A DNA stretch of 64,000 nucleotides. Origin: Aquificaceae bacterium. Its GTDB lineage: Bacteria > Aquificota > Aquificia > Aquificales > Aquificaceae. Location: the NCBI GenBank assembly GCA_037925075.1, contig JAXSNR010000002.1:512001-576000 (forward strand). The letters are read 5' to 3'. A program made the translations under genes and the position numbers. The notes under the pieces are model-generated. The model made no database searches. It saw nothing but the letters and a program-made list of their open reading frames with translations, and was not told where the DNA came from. Of this stretch, positions 1 through 9,944 are shown piece by piece (within the stretch, counting starts at the first letter, position 1; the number at the start of each line of letters is the position of its first letter).

Positions 1-771
1 CTGCCTATAATTCCCGGTTATATATCCTACATATCGGGCATTGGAACTCAGGAGGTAAAGGAAAAGGGTGGGTTTAGTCAGAGGGCTTTTTTGGCTTCCC
101 TTCTTTTTGTACTGGGTTTTTCTCTGGTCTTTACCCTCATGGGTGCAACAGCCACGGGCATAGGCGGGCTTTTAAGAGAATATCAGGACCTCATAGCAAA
201 GGTGGGTGGGGGTCTTGTGGTCTTTTTCGGTCTTCATTTTGCGGGTGTGATGTTAAGAGAAAATTTTTTAAAGGAGCTTGTGGGAGTGGCTTCTTTTTTG
301 CTTGCTTTGTTCTTTTTGGGCGTTATTCCTCAAAAGATCCTCTTTGACCTTCTTGGCATAATCCTGATAGTAGCCTTCCTTTACCTTTTTGGTCTTCATG
401 AGGTGCTTTACAGGCAGATGAGAAGGGAAATGAAGGGTAGTGTTTCCGGTTTTGGTGCCTTGCTTGTGGGTATGCTTTTTGCCTTTGGCTGGAGCCCTTG
501 CATAGGTCCGGTACTTGGCTCAATACTTCTCTATGCCAGTCAACAGGAAACAGCCCTACAGGGTGCAAGCCTTCTTTTTGCCTACTCCATGGGTATGGGT
601 ATTCCCTTCCTTATCGCAGGTGGTTTGCTTTCCACCTTTCTCGGTTTTCTGAAGAGTTTTAGGAAGTTTTTCGGTGTTGTGGAGATGGTGGGTGGGGTGC
701 TACTTGTCCTTTTGGGGGTCTTGCTCACCACAGGCAAGTTGGCTGAAATATCCCTTTTGCTTGGTGCGTAA
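1..771 (+). CDS. ccdA: Cytochrome c biogenesis protein CcdA (DsbD beta-domain), 5' end outside window
   Basis: Frame open from base 1 (LPIIPGYISYISG); FAFGWSPCIGPVLGSIL motif; multi-TM. Confidence 0.9.
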   Translation: MPIIPGYISYISGIGTQEVKEKGGFSQRAFLASLLFVLGFSLVFTLMGATATGIGGLLREYQDLIAKVGGGLVVFFGLHFAGVMLRENFLKELVGVASFLLALFFLGVIPQKILFDLLGIILIVAFLYLFGLHEVLYRQMRREMKGSVSGFGALLVGMLFAFGWSPCIGPVLGSILLYASQQETALQGASLLFAYSMGMGIPFLIAGGLLSTFLGFLKSFRKFFGVVEMVGGVLLVLLGVLLTTGKLAEISLLLGA

Positions 772-1380
772 ATGCTTCTTGTTGTAGATTACGGGATGGG
801 GAATTTGAGAAGCGTTTCAAAGGCTCTTGAAAAGGTTGGTTTTAAGGTCAAAGTTAGCTCAGACCCTGAGGATGTAAAAAGGGCTGAGGTGCTTGTCCTT
901 CCGGGCGTGGGTGCCTTCAAGAATGCTATGGAAAACCTCAAAAGGATGGGGCTTCTAAGGGAAATACTAAGGCATATTGAGGCGGGTAAGCCGTACATGG
1001 GTATATGTCTTGGTCTTCAGCTTCTCTTTGAAAGGAGCTACGAATTTGGAGAAACGCAGGGCTTTGGCGTGCTTGAGGGTGAGGTGGTTTTGCTTCCCCC
1101 AAGGGTTAAGGTACCACATATAGGTTGGAATCAGGTCTGGAAGAAGAAAAACTCCGACCTTCTTGAGGGTATAAAAGAGGGCGAGTACTTTTATTTTGTT
1201 CATTCTTACCATGTGGTGCCCAAAAAAGACCATGTGGTGCTTACTACCACCGACTACGGAATTGACTTTGTATCATCGGTAGAATACGAAAACATCTTTG
1301 CAGTTCAGTTTCATCCTGAAAAAAGCCAAAGGGCAGGACTTAAGCTTCTTGAAAACTTCAGAAGGAGGCTCTATGGCTAA
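772..1380 (+). CDS. hisH: Imidazole glycerol phosphate synthase, glutaminase subunit
   Basis: DYGMGNLRSV, LPGVGAF, GICLGLQ, QFHPEKS motifs. Confidence 0.97.
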   Translation: MLLVVDYGMGNLRSVSKALEKVGFKVKVSSDPEDVKRAEVLVLPGVGAFKNAMENLKRMGLLREILRHIEAGKPYMGICLGLQLLFERSYEFGETQGFGVLEGEVVLLPPRVKVPHIGWNQVWKKKNSDLLEGIKEGEYFYFVHSYHVVPKKDHVVLTTTDYGIDFVSSVEYENIFAVQFHPEKSQRAGLKLLENFRRRLYG

Positions 1381-2044
1381 GCTGTGTATAGCCTTGGATA
1401 CCAACCTTCAACAGGCTAAGGACTTGATAAGGGCTTTAAGGGGATATCCTGTAATCTTTAAGGTGGGTTATAAGCTTTTTATCTCCTACCACAGGGAGAT
1501 AACGGACTACATAAAGGAGGAAGGCTTTGAGCTTTTCCTTGACCTTAAGCTTCACGACATTCCCAATACAGTAAGAGAGGGTACCCTTTCTGCAAAAGAC
1601 CTTGGAGCGGACTATTTAACTGTTCATACTTCTTCTGGTAGGCAAGCCCTTAGGTCTGCGGTGGAGGTAAAGGGAAAGGTAAAACTGCTTGGAGTGACGC
1701 TTTTGACAAGTCTTGACGATGAGGATTTAAAGGAGTTTGGGCTTTGCAGGGGTAGAGAAGAACAGGCTTTTTACCTTACAGAGCTCGCCCTTGAGGAGGG
1801 CTTTGATGGTGTGGTATGCTCGGGAAGGGAAGTGAGCTATCTGAAAGAGAAGTTATCTAAGCCCTTCCTTGCGGTTGTGCCCGGTGTGAGGCTTGAGGGT
1901 GAGCCTGCGGAAGACCAAAAGAGGGTTGTAAGCCTTGAGGAAGCTTTGGAGGCAGGTGCGGACATAATTGTGATGGGTAGAAGTATTCTAAGGGCGGAAA
2001 ACCCTGTAAAAAGAGTTGAAGAGATACTTCTCAGGCTCGCGTAG
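1373..2044 (+). CDS. pyrF: Orotidine-5'-phosphate decarboxylase
   Basis: FLDLKLHDIPNTV, PGVR, DQKRV motifs; ATG 1373 after GGAGG. Confidence 0.96.
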   Translation: MAKLCIALDTNLQQAKDLIRALRGYPVIFKVGYKLFISYHREITDYIKEEGFELFLDLKLHDIPNTVREGTLSAKDLGADYLTVHTSSGRQALRSAVEVKGKVKLLGVTLLTSLDDEDLKEFGLCRGREEQAFYLTELALEEGFDGVVCSGREVSYLKEKLSKPFLAVVPGVRLEGEPAEDQKRVVSLEEALEAGADIIVMGRSILRAENPVKRVEEILLRLA

Positions 2045-2690
2045 GCACACCAGCTTCTTTGAGGGCTTGACCTCTTTGAAGGCATGTGGCACAAACACCA
2101 CATGGAGGCTCAGTTCCCATGTAGCAAGAATAGGTCTTTTCAAAGGGAACTCCAAGCTCCTTTCCAAGCCTTGCTATATCCACCTTACTCATGCCCAAAA
2201 AGGGTGCATAAACATGTACCCTTCTTTTGGTTTTTGCCACATGGGCTGAGCCTGCGTTTATGGCGGACTCCATCGCGCTTATAAACTCTGGCCTACAGTC
2301 TGGGTAAGGGGTATCAAGGGCATGGACTCCTATGGCTATATGCTCAATTCCGTAGCTGTCCGCAAAGGAGCTGGCTATGGCCAAAAAAACGAGGTTTCTC
2401 ATAGGGACGTTTGTGGGTGGCACCTCTTGGGTGTATTCTCCCTTTGGTACTTCTGGCCCTCCCTCCAAAAGGGCTGAGCCTTTTATGAGCCTGTAGTGGG
2501 GAACTTCCACCAATATATGCTCTTTTACACCGGCCATCTTAGCAAGCTCTTTTGCGTACTTTAACTCCACCTTGTGCTTTTGCCCGTAGTCAAAGGAAAG
2601 GGCATAGATCTCTTCAAATTCTTTTTTGCAAAGCCATAAAAGTGTGGCACTGTCCATTCCACCGGAGAGAAGCACTATAACTTTTTTCAT
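2031..2690 (-). CDS. queC: 7-cyano-7-deazaguanine synthase
   Basis: LSGGMDS, YGQKH, VPMRN, YPDCR, SCY...CGVCATC. Confidence 0.96.
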   Translation of the reverse strand: MKKVIVLLSGGMDSATLLWLCKKEFEEIYALSFDYGQKHKVELKYAKELAKMAGVKEHILVEVPHYRLIKGSALLEGGPEVPKGEYTQEVPPTNVPMRNLVFLAIASSFADSYGIEHIAIGVHALDTPYPDCRPEFISAMESAINAGSAHVAKTKRRVHVYAPFLGMSKVDIARLGKELGVPFEKTYSCYMGTEPPCGVCATCLQRGQALKEAGVPTRA

Positions 2691-2697
2691 GGATGTA

Positions 2698-2781
2698 TGC
2701 CGGAGGCGGGAGTCGAACCCGCACGCCCTTTTGGGCGGGGGATTTTGAATCCCCTGCGTCTGCCAGTTCCGCCACTCCGGC
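2698..2781 (-). tRNA. tRNA-Leu (CAA), CCA not encoded
   Basis: Reverse complement GCCGGAG...GGGGA-TTCAAAA-TCCCC, long variable arm, GGTTCGACTCC T-arm, CTCCGGC-A acceptor. Confidence 0.96.
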
Positions 2782-2801
2782 TAAGTATAAAATTATATGC
2801 C

Positions 2802-3081
2802 ATGGAAAGGAGTTTTGACTGGTTTAAGCAGGCGCTGAGAGACCTTGAGCACGCCAAAAGGTCTTTGGAAGCTGAAGATTACGAATGGGCATGCTTTGCC
2901 AGTCATCAGTCCGCAGAAAAGGCTGTAAAGGCTCTCCATTACCATTTTAAGCAGGAGGCGTGGGGTCATTCCATTTCCAGAGGGAGCACCCTACGAACAC
3001 TTTACGGAAAATCAGGCAAGGGAGGCAATAGACTATGCCGGTAAGGTCCTTGAGTTCGTCCGTTTTCAGATGGGTCTCTAA
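2802..3081 (+). pseudogene. HEPN domain protein (thermophile HEPN/MNT type), internally deleted and frameshifted
   Basis: N-part WFKQALRDL...YEWACFASHQSAEKAVKA...WGHSI; the C-part [35 protein letters not shown] resumes in another frame at 2974. Confidence 0.8.
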
Positions 3082-3430
3082 GGAAGAGGTGGAGAGGTCT
3101 CTCAAAGAGTGGGCGCAATTGGTAAAAGAGGAACATCCTGAGGTTTTAGCAATTGGCTACTTTGGTTCGTACGCAAGGGGAGATTGGGGTGTGGGTAGCG
3201 ATGTGGATATATTGGTGGTAGTCTCCGAAAGTAAGGAGCCTTTCCTTAGAAGACCCTTAGCCTTTGACACCACAAGCTTACCAGTGCCCGCGGACCTATT
3301 GGTCTATACAGAAGAAGAACTAAAAAGGCTTAAGAACACAAGGTTTTACAGAGAAGTAGTTAGCAAAGAAGCGGTATGGTTATACAAAAGAAAGTATATA
3401 AACCAAGAGGGGAATACTTACAAAGCTTAG
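3035..3430 (+). CDS. Minimal nucleotidyltransferase (MNT) domain protein
   Basis: [20 protein letters not shown] and DLLVYT motifs; follows HEPN gene. Confidence 0.9.
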   Translation: MPVRSLSSSVFRWVSKEEVERSLKEWAQLVKEEHPEVLAIGYFGSYARGDWGVGSDVDILVVVSESKEPFLRRPLAFDTTSLPVPADLLVYTEEELKRLKNTRFYREVVSKEAVWLYKRKYINQEGNTYKA

Positions 3431-4249
3431 CACTATACCCAAACCCGCACTGGCAAAGGCTAGGTTGTGATTAAGTCCATACTTTAGCACCAATATGCTG
3501 GCTGTTATCATGGTAGGCATTGCGGACTCAAGAACTGCAACCTTGTATGCGGTCTCGCTTATTAAAAGGCCTTTAAATATCAAAAGGGCAAAAAGGGGAG
3601 ACAAAACCATCTTTATACCGATAGCGGATGCCAAAAGCTTTACATCCTTTCCCATCTGAGAAAACTCAAGGGAGAGGCCCAAGGAAAACAAAACCACCGG
3701 CAGGAGCGATGCGGTGGAAAAATCCACAAACCTCCAAAAGGCTTCTGGAGGCTCATAGCCCTTAAGAAAGAAGCCAAACACTAAGCCAAGAAAGGGAGGA
3801 AAAAGGACAATAGACTTCACATCTACCTTACCACTTACTATGAAAAAACCAACAGAAGAGACCGCAAGAAAAGAACCTACACTATCGTAAATGACCGCAT
3901 ACTCAAGCCCTTCTTCTCCAAAGTAGGCGAAGCTGTAAGGATAGCCTAAAAAAGCGGTGTTTCCAAAGGCGGAAGCCATCATAAGCGTTCTAAGGTTAAG
4001 ATTGTCCAATTTAAAAAGCTTACCCAAAAGGTAGGCGGTAAGCATACATAGAGCTATCACAAGCCACGCACCCAAACCTACAAAGACTACCTCTTGGGAA
4101 AGCCCCAGTTGATGGGCGGTTTTAAAGCTCAGCAAAGGAAGGGCAAAGTATAGCACGTAATTTACGAGGACTCCCGAGTGCTCCTTAGAGAAAATACCAA
4201 GCCTTTTGAAAAGGTAAGCGATACTTACCGTAAATAAAACCTCAAGCAT
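3380..4249 (-). CDS. AEC (auxin efflux carrier) family transporter
   Basis: [20 protein letters not shown] motifs; about 10 TM segments. Confidence 0.9.
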   Translation of the reverse strand: MLEVLFTVSIAYLFKRLGIFSKEHSGVLVNYVLYFALPLLSFKTAHQLGLSQEVVFVGLGAWLVIALCMLTAYLLGKLFKLDNLNLRTLMMASAFGNTAFLGYPYSFAYFGEEGLEYAVIYDSVGSFLAVSSVGFFIVSGKVDVKSIVLFPPFLGLVFGFFLKGYEPPEAFWRFVDFSTASLLPVVLFSLGLSLEFSQMGKDVKLLASAIGIKMVLSPLFALLIFKGLLISETAYKVAVLESAMPTMITASILVLKYGLNHNLAFASAGLGIVLSFVSIPLLVYILSFV

Positions 4250-5180
4250 ACAAAAAGCTCTCTATCTGCCTCCTGATTATGCTATGGTGTCCTAAGTGAA
4301 GCCTAATGAACTTCTCAAGCCTACCTATAGGAAGCAGGTTTTGTGGTGACCTTCTGTCCTGAAAGGGCTGGCTTGCAAAGAGGGGAAGTATGCCAGCGGA
4401 TAGGTCTGCCAACTTTCTAAGGTCTAAGTCCTTCTGAGGGAAGACTTCTACTCTTGCAAGGCCATGGAGCCCTTCTGCAGGGGAAAGTTTTACATACCAT
4501 GTATACTTATCCACCCTTTCTTCGGATTCTTGTGTTTGCTGGTAGTGGACCTTAACTATAGGACTTCTTTGTCCCGGTTTGAGTGAGTTTAGCAAAGTTG
4601 TATAAGTCTTATCAAAGTAGAGCCTTTTGATGCTTTTAACAAAGCCACAGGCGGGAGTGTTTTTTAGTTTATGGCTAAGAGTGCCATCACATAGGAGCAG
4701 GTTAAACCCCTTTTCACTTTTGAGAACTTTTAGGGCAACCCTTGCCTCTAATTCTTCCTTCATGTACCTGTTTACTTCGGAAGATATTTCGCCCTCCACT
4801 CTTACAGGTTTAAATCCAAACACCTCTTCAAAAAGGTCAGAGCCTCGCAAAAAGAGGAGCTTTCTAGTCTCTCTGAAAAGAAGAGACTCTCTAAGAAGGT
4901 TTATTTTACCGTAATCTACTCTTAAGGCACCAGCACCTAAAGAGAGAAAGGCTCCTTCGTAGCTTTCACCAGCCTCTTCGTCCCTTACATAGACAATACA
5001 CTCGGTACGGCGAACCCCGTCAACAAAAACCACGCTAAAAGCTTCGGGTCTATACCCCTCATACACCCTTACCTCTTCCGCAAAATCTGAAAACTGCTCT
5101 GATTCTTCCACTTCAGCCACTTCTACCTCTGTTGGCTGATGAGGGCTCATGGATATGCTGTACCTTCCCAGAACTTTCAT
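4242..5180 (-). CDS. NurA-like nuclease (RNase H fold), putative
   Basis: FVDGVRR, LLCDG, GFVKS, DRRSPQNLLPIGRLE motifs resemble bacterial NurA-family proteins. Confidence 0.65.
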   Translation of the reverse strand: MKVLGRYSISMSPHQPTEVEVAEVEESEQFSDFAEEVRVYEGYRPEAFSVVFVDGVRRTECIVYVRDEEAGESYEGAFLSLGAGALRVDYGKINLLRESLLFRETRKLLFLRGSDLFEEVFGFKPVRVEGEISSEVNRYMKEELEARVALKVLKSEKGFNLLLCDGTLSHKLKNTPACGFVKSIKRLYFDKTYTTLLNSLKPGQRSPIVKVHYQQTQESEERVDKYTWYVKLSPAEGLHGLARVEVFPQKDLDLRKLADLSAGILPLFASQPFQDRRSPQNLLPIGRLEKFIRLHLGHHSIIRRQIESFLYA

Positions 5181-6180
5181 TTTCCAACTCCCTAAGAGCT
5201 TGTACTATGAGGTATTTTAACCTATCAAGGTTTTCCTTAGTTATGGCTGATACCCCGATAAAGATGTATCCTCTTCCTCTAAACTCCCTCTCAAGGACAT
5301 CAAGGTAAGACCTGTCCGAAAGGCTATCTACTTTTGTTCCCACCACAATCTGGAGCTTTTTTAACAACTGAGGACTATAGCTTTCCATCTCCCTGTTTAC
5401 TATCTCAAAGGCTTTTATAGGGTCTTGTGTCCTCTGGTCGGAAACATCTACTAAATGAAGAAGAAGTCTTGTCCTTTCTATATGCCTTAAAAATTCATGT
5501 CCCAAGCCCTTACCTTGACTTGCCCCTTCTATAAGCCCGGGTATATCCGCAAGCACTAAATGGGTCTCTTCATCCACTTCCATTACGCCAAGCACTGGTG
5601 ATAGGGTGGTAAAGGGATAGTCCCCTATCTTTGGTCTTGCGCGTGTTAGTACGGATAGGAGTGTAGACTTTCCCGCATTTGGAAGCCCAATAAGGCCTAC
5701 ATCCGCAATGAGCTTCAATTCAAGTATTAGCCATCTTTCTTCTCCCTTTTCCCCCTTTTCTGCATACCTTGGCCTTTGATTCGTAGGTGTGGCAAAGTGA
5801 GCGTTTCCCCTTCCGCCCCTTCCACCTCTTGCGGGCACGCACCTTTGACCTTCCTTAACAAGGTCGCATAGCACCTGCCCGTTTTCCGCATCAATAACCA
5901 CTGTGCCCACCGGCACCTCAATTATCAAGTCTTCTCCATCCTTTCCCTTTTGGTTTTTACCTTTACCATGCTCTCCCCTCTCTGCCTTGAAGTGTGCCTG
6001 AAATTTAAAGTCATAAAGGGTATGCTTTCTTGAGGTGGCAACAAGCACCACATCCCCACCCTTTCCCCCATCTCCACCCGCAGGACCACCAAAGGGCCTG
6101 TACTTTTCCCTAAGAAAAGCCACCGCACCGTCTCCACCATCCCCGGCCTTAACATGGATTTTTACCCTATCAACGAACAT
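5113..6180 (-). CDS. obgE: GTPase ObgE/CgtA
   Basis: MFVDRVKIHVKAGDGGDG start, GLPNAGKS, YPFTT, DIPGLIEGA; true start 6180. Confidence 0.97.
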   Translation of the reverse strand: MFVDRVKIHVKAGDGGDGAVAFLREKYRPFGGPAGGDGGKGGDVVLVATSRKHTLYDFKFQAHFKAERGEHGKGKNQKGKDGEDLIIEVPVGTVVIDAENGQVLCDLVKEGQRCVPARGGRGGRGNAHFATPTNQRPRYAEKGEKGEERWLILELKLIADVGLIGLPNAGKSTLLSVLTRARPKIGDYPFTTLSPVLGVMEVDEETHLVLADIPGLIEGASQGKGLGHEFLRHIERTRLLLHLVDVSDQRTQDPIKAFEIVNREMESYSPQLLKKLQIVVGTKVDSLSDRSYLDVLEREFRGRGYIFIGVSAITKENLDRLKYLIVQALRELENESSGKVQHIHEPSSANRGRSG

Positions 6181-6234
6181 AAGGGATAAAGTATAACAGG
6201 ACCGATTGATGGGCAAGGTATTATATTTACAAGG

Positions 6235-7920
6235 ATGATAACCCTTGAAGAGCTTCAAAAGGCTCCAGAAAAGCCCGGAGTGTATATTTTCAAAAGGGAG
6301 AAAAAGCCCATATACATAGGAAAGGCAAAGAACATAAGGGAAAGGCTTATTCAACACTACAAATTGGCGGAAAAGGATAGTAAAGAAAGAGCCATAGTAG
6401 GAAACGCCACCTCTGTAGAGTGGATCATAACACGCAACACCTTTGAAGCTTTAACCTTAGAGATAGACTTAATACAACTTCATAAACCACGCTACAACGT
6501 GCTACACAAGTACGGGGGCGGATATCCCTTGCTTTTGCTTACCGATGAGACATATCCTACTCTAAAGGTTGTAAGAGGCACAGATCATAAGGGACAGCTT
6601 TTTGGACCCTTTTTTACCACCTCAAAGGCTAAAAAGGTAAAAAGGCTTGTTCACAGGATATTTAAACTCCGCACCTGCGACCCAATGCCCATAAGAAAAG
6701 AGCCCTGTATGGACTATCATCTTGGGCTTTGCTCTGCGCCTTGCTGTGGCTTAATAGACAAGGAAACCTACCAGCTTTCGGTAAGGTCCGCAATTGCTTT
6801 GCTTTCCGGTGAGGTGGGTGGGGTTTTGGAAGAGCTTTACCAAAGGATAGAAAAGGAGATGCAAAAGCTTAACTTTGAAAGATGTGCCATCTTAAGGGAT
6901 CAGATACAGGCTTTGGAAAACCTCTCAAAGGGTCAAAAGGTATCTGGGCTTGACTATTCAAACGCGGATGTTTTCTACGCCATGGGTAGAGTTTTGGGTG
7001 TTTTTCTTATTAGGTCCGGAAGGCTTGTGGATAAACAGGTCTTTGTTCTCGAGAGAGAAGAAGAGTTAGAGGAGTTTTTGCTTGGTTTTTACTATACAAA
7101 CCCGTTGCCTCAAACACTTTTGATAAACTTTGAGCTTTCGGAAGAGGATATATGGTGGCTTTCTCAAAGGGGAAGCTTTGAGCTAAAAAGGGACATAAAC
7201 CCAGAGCTTGAGGAGCTTATCAGGGAAAACCTTGGCCATCACCTTGACCTAAGGGTTTTAAGGGATGAGTTTCATAGAGTTTTGGGTACTTCACTCCCAG
7301 AAAGGATAGAGGGCTTTGACATCTCTCACTTTTACGGAGAATACACGGTAGGCTCATGCGTTGTTTGGGAGGGGGGAACTATGAACAAGAGGGCTTACAG
7401 AAGGTACAAGGTAAGAAGTCTTGAAGGGATTGACGACTACAGGGCTATGGAGGAGGTGCTCACAAGGAGGGCACAAAGGCTAAAGGAAGGGGAGGAAAAA
7501 ATGCCAGATATGTGGCTTGTGGATGGCGGTCTTGGTCAGTTAAGTGTTGCGGTAAGGGTAAGAGACAGGTTTTCACTGCCTATAAAGGTCTTTGCTCTTG
7601 CAAAGGAAGAAGAACTTCTCCTTTCTGAAGAGGGCAAGGAGATAAGGCTCACACAACATCCTATTCTCTACAGGGTTTTTGGACTGATCAGGGACGAAGC
7701 CCACCGCTTTGCACTGACTTATAACAGAAAGCTAAGACTAAAGGAAGGTCTTACGGATGTGCTGGATAGAATAAAAGGCATAGGGGAGGCAAAGAAAAGG
7801 CTCATATACAGAAACTTTGAAAACCTTTATGAGTTTTTAAAGGCAGATGACCAAACTCTAAAAAGACTTGGTATAAGTCCAAAGCTTAGACAAGAGGTGG
7901 CAAGGTACTTTTACGAGTAG
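6235..7920 (+). CDS. uvrC: Excinuclease ABC subunit C
   Basis: GIY-YIG (PGVY...YIGKAKN), IEGFDISH, DGGLGQ, RDEAHRFA, HhH. Confidence 0.96.
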   Translation: MITLEELQKAPEKPGVYIFKREKKPIYIGKAKNIRERLIQHYKLAEKDSKERAIVGNATSVEWIITRNTFEALTLEIDLIQLHKPRYNVLHKYGGGYPLLLLTDETYPTLKVVRGTDHKGQLFGPFFTTSKAKKVKRLVHRIFKLRTCDPMPIRKEPCMDYHLGLCSAPCCGLIDKETYQLSVRSAIALLSGEVGGVLEELYQRIEKEMQKLNFERCAILRDQIQALENLSKGQKVSGLDYSNADVFYAMGRVLGVFLIRSGRLVDKQVFVLEREEELEEFLLGFYYTNPLPQTLLINFELSEEDIWWLSQRGSFELKRDINPELEELIRENLGHHLDLRVLRDEFHRVLGTSLPERIEGFDISHFYGEYTVGSCVVWEGGTMNKRAYRRYKVRSLEGIDDYRAMEEVLTRRAQRLKEGEEKMPDMWLVDGGLGQLSVAVRVRDRFSLPIKVFALAKEEELLLSEEGKEIRLTQHPILYRVFGLIRDEAHRFALTYNRKLRLKEGLTDVLDRIKGIGEAKKRLIYRNFENLYEFLKADDQTLKRLGISPKLRQEVARYFYE

Positions 7921-7967
7921 TCAAAAGGTTATAATATAAATCATCACTTTTTGAGTAGGAGGTATGC

Positions 7968-9944
7968 ATGGCAAAGGGAACGGTGGCTTACAAGATATTA
8001 AAGTCGCACCTTGTAAGTGGAAAGCTTGTGCCTGGTGAGGAGATAGCCATCAAGATTGACCAGACGCTCACACAGGACGCCACGGGCACCATGGCGTATT
8101 TACAGTTTGAAGCCATGGGAGTAAGCAGGGTAAAAACGGAGCTTTCCGTTAGCTATATAGACCATAACATGCTTCAAACGGACTATAAAAACCCCGATGA
8201 CCATAAATACCTTATGAGCGTGGCAAAAAGATACGGCATATGGCTTTCAAAACCGGGCAATGGTATATGCCATCAGGTGCATGTGGAAAGGTTTGCAAAG
8301 CCGGGCAAAACTCTTTTGGGCTCCGACTCCCACACTCCCACTTCCGGTGGAGTGGGCATGATAGCCATAGGTGCGGGTGGGCTTGATGTGGCAGCGGCCA
8401 TGGCGGGTGAGCCCTTTTACTTGAAGATGCCCAAGATTGTAGGCGTAAAGCTCACTGGCAAAATGCCACCTTGGGTAACCGCAAAGGACATAATCCTTGA
8501 GCTTCTGAGAAGGCTAACCGTAAAGGGTGGTGTGGGTAAGATCTTTGAATACTTTGGCGATGGCATAAAGGAGCTTTCTGTACCGGAGAGGGCAACCATC
8601 ACCAACATGGGGGCGGAATTGGGAGCTACCACTTCCATATTCCCTTCCGATGAGATAACAAGAGCCTACTTAAGGGCTCAGGGAAGGGAAGAAGACTGGA
8701 TTGAGCTACTGCCAGACCCCGATGCGGAATACGATGAGGTTATTGAGATAAACCTTTCTGAACTTGAACCGCTCATAGCCTGCCCACACTCTCCAGACAA
8801 GGTGGTGCCAGTTAGAGAAGTGGAAGGTATAAAGGTGGACCAAGTGGTGATAGGCTCTTGCACCAACTCTTCCTTTGTGGACCTTACCCGTGCGGGCCTC
8901 ATGCTAAGAGGTAGAAAGGTAAATCCCGATGTTATCTTTGCGGTAGCGCCGGGCTCTAAACAAGCCCTGGAGCTCATAACTCAGAACGGCATTCTCCTTG
9001 ACTTCCTAAAAGCTGGTGCCAGAATACTGGAAAGCGCCTGTGGCCCTTGCATAGGTATGGGATACGCACCACCAAGCGGAGGGGTTTCCATAAGAAGCTT
9101 TAACAGGAACTTTGAAGGAAGGTCTGGAACGCCTGACGCAAAGGTTTACCTTGCATCTCCGGAGGTATGCGTAGCCTGTGCCATAGCGGGTGAAATCATA
9201 GATCCGAGAAGACTCGCGGAAAGGGAAGGCATAAAGTGGGTCAAAGTAGAAATGCCAGAAAGGTTTCCATACGGGGATGAAGCCTTTATTCCACCACTGC
9301 AAGAAGAATCCGCAAAAGAGGTTGAAATATACAGAGGTCCAAACATAAAGGCTTTGCCTGAATTTGAAGAAATGCCAGAATCCCTGCAAGGAGAAGTCAG
9401 CCTTATTGTAGGGGACAACATAACCACAGACCATATAATGCCAGCGGGTGCAAAGATACTACCTTTAAGGTCTAACATATACGCCATAAGCGAGTATGTG
9501 TACCACTATGTGGATCCAGAGTTTGTCCAAAGAGCAAAGAGAATAAGGGATGAAAAGGGTAAAGCAAACATCATAATAGGTGGTGAAAACTACGGACAAG
9601 GATCCTCCAGAGAGCATGCCGCTTTGGCTCCAAGATTTCTGGGTGTGCGCGCGGTGATTGCCAAGTCCTTTGCAAGAATACACCATGCCAACCTTGTCAA
9701 TTTTGGCATAGTGCCCTTAGAGTTTGTCCACAAGGAAGATTACAACAAGTTTTCACTGGGTGATGAAATAGAAATACCAGAGCTTGTAGAAAGGCTAAAG
9801 GCTGGAAAGGAAATTGTAGTTATTAACAAAACCACAGGCGAGCAAATGGTATGTAGGTACAACCTTACACCAAAACAGGTCTCCGTGCTACTGGCTGGCG
9901 GGCTACTTAACTGGATAAGGAACAAGCAAGGAGTAAAGGTATGA
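7968..9944 (+). CDS. Aconitate hydratase
   Basis: QDATG, DHN, GICHQ, DSHT, GSCTN, CGPCIG, TTDHI, GSSREHAA; SD AGGAGG. Confidence 0.93.
   Translation: MAKGTVAYKILKSHLVSGKLVPGEEIAIKIDQTLTQDATGTMAYLQFEAMGVSRVKTELSVSYIDHNMLQTDYKNPDDHKYLMSVAKRYGIWLSKPGNGICHQVHVERFAKPGKTLLGSDSHTPTSGGVGMIAIGAGGLDVAAAMAGEPFYLKMPKIVGVKLTGKMPPWVTAKDIILELLRRLTVKGGVGKIFEYFGDGIKELSVPERATITNMGAELGATTSIFPSDEITRAYLRAQGREEDWIELLPDPDAEYDEVIEINLSELEPLIACPHSPDKVVPVREVEGIKVDQVVIGSCTNSSFVDLTRAGLMLRGRKVNPDVIFAVAPGSKQALELITQNGILLDFLKAGARILESACGPCIGMGYAPPSGGVSIRSFNRNFEGRSGTPDAKVYLASPEVCVACAIAGEIIDPRRLAEREGIKWVKVEMPERFPYGDEAFIPPLQEESAKEVEIYRGPNIKALPEFEEMPESLQGEVSLIVGDNITTDHIMPAGAKILPLRSNIYAISEYVYHYVDPEFVQRAKRIRDEKGKANIIIGGENYGQGSSREHAALAPRFLGVRAVIAKSFARIHHANLVNFGIVPLEFVHKEDYNKFSLGDEIEIPELVERLKAGKEIVVINKTTGEQMVCRYNLTPKQVSVLLAGGLLNWIRNKQGVKV

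Noticed and set aside
2697..2801. N-terminal 35 aa of ORF 2697-3044
   Set aside because: It is the antisense of tRNA-Leu; the real HEPN start is ATG 2802
2698..3430. tRNA-anchored genomic island
   Set aside because: HEPN/MNT lies on the tRNA 5' side; no duplicated tRNA 3' end or nearby integrase seen
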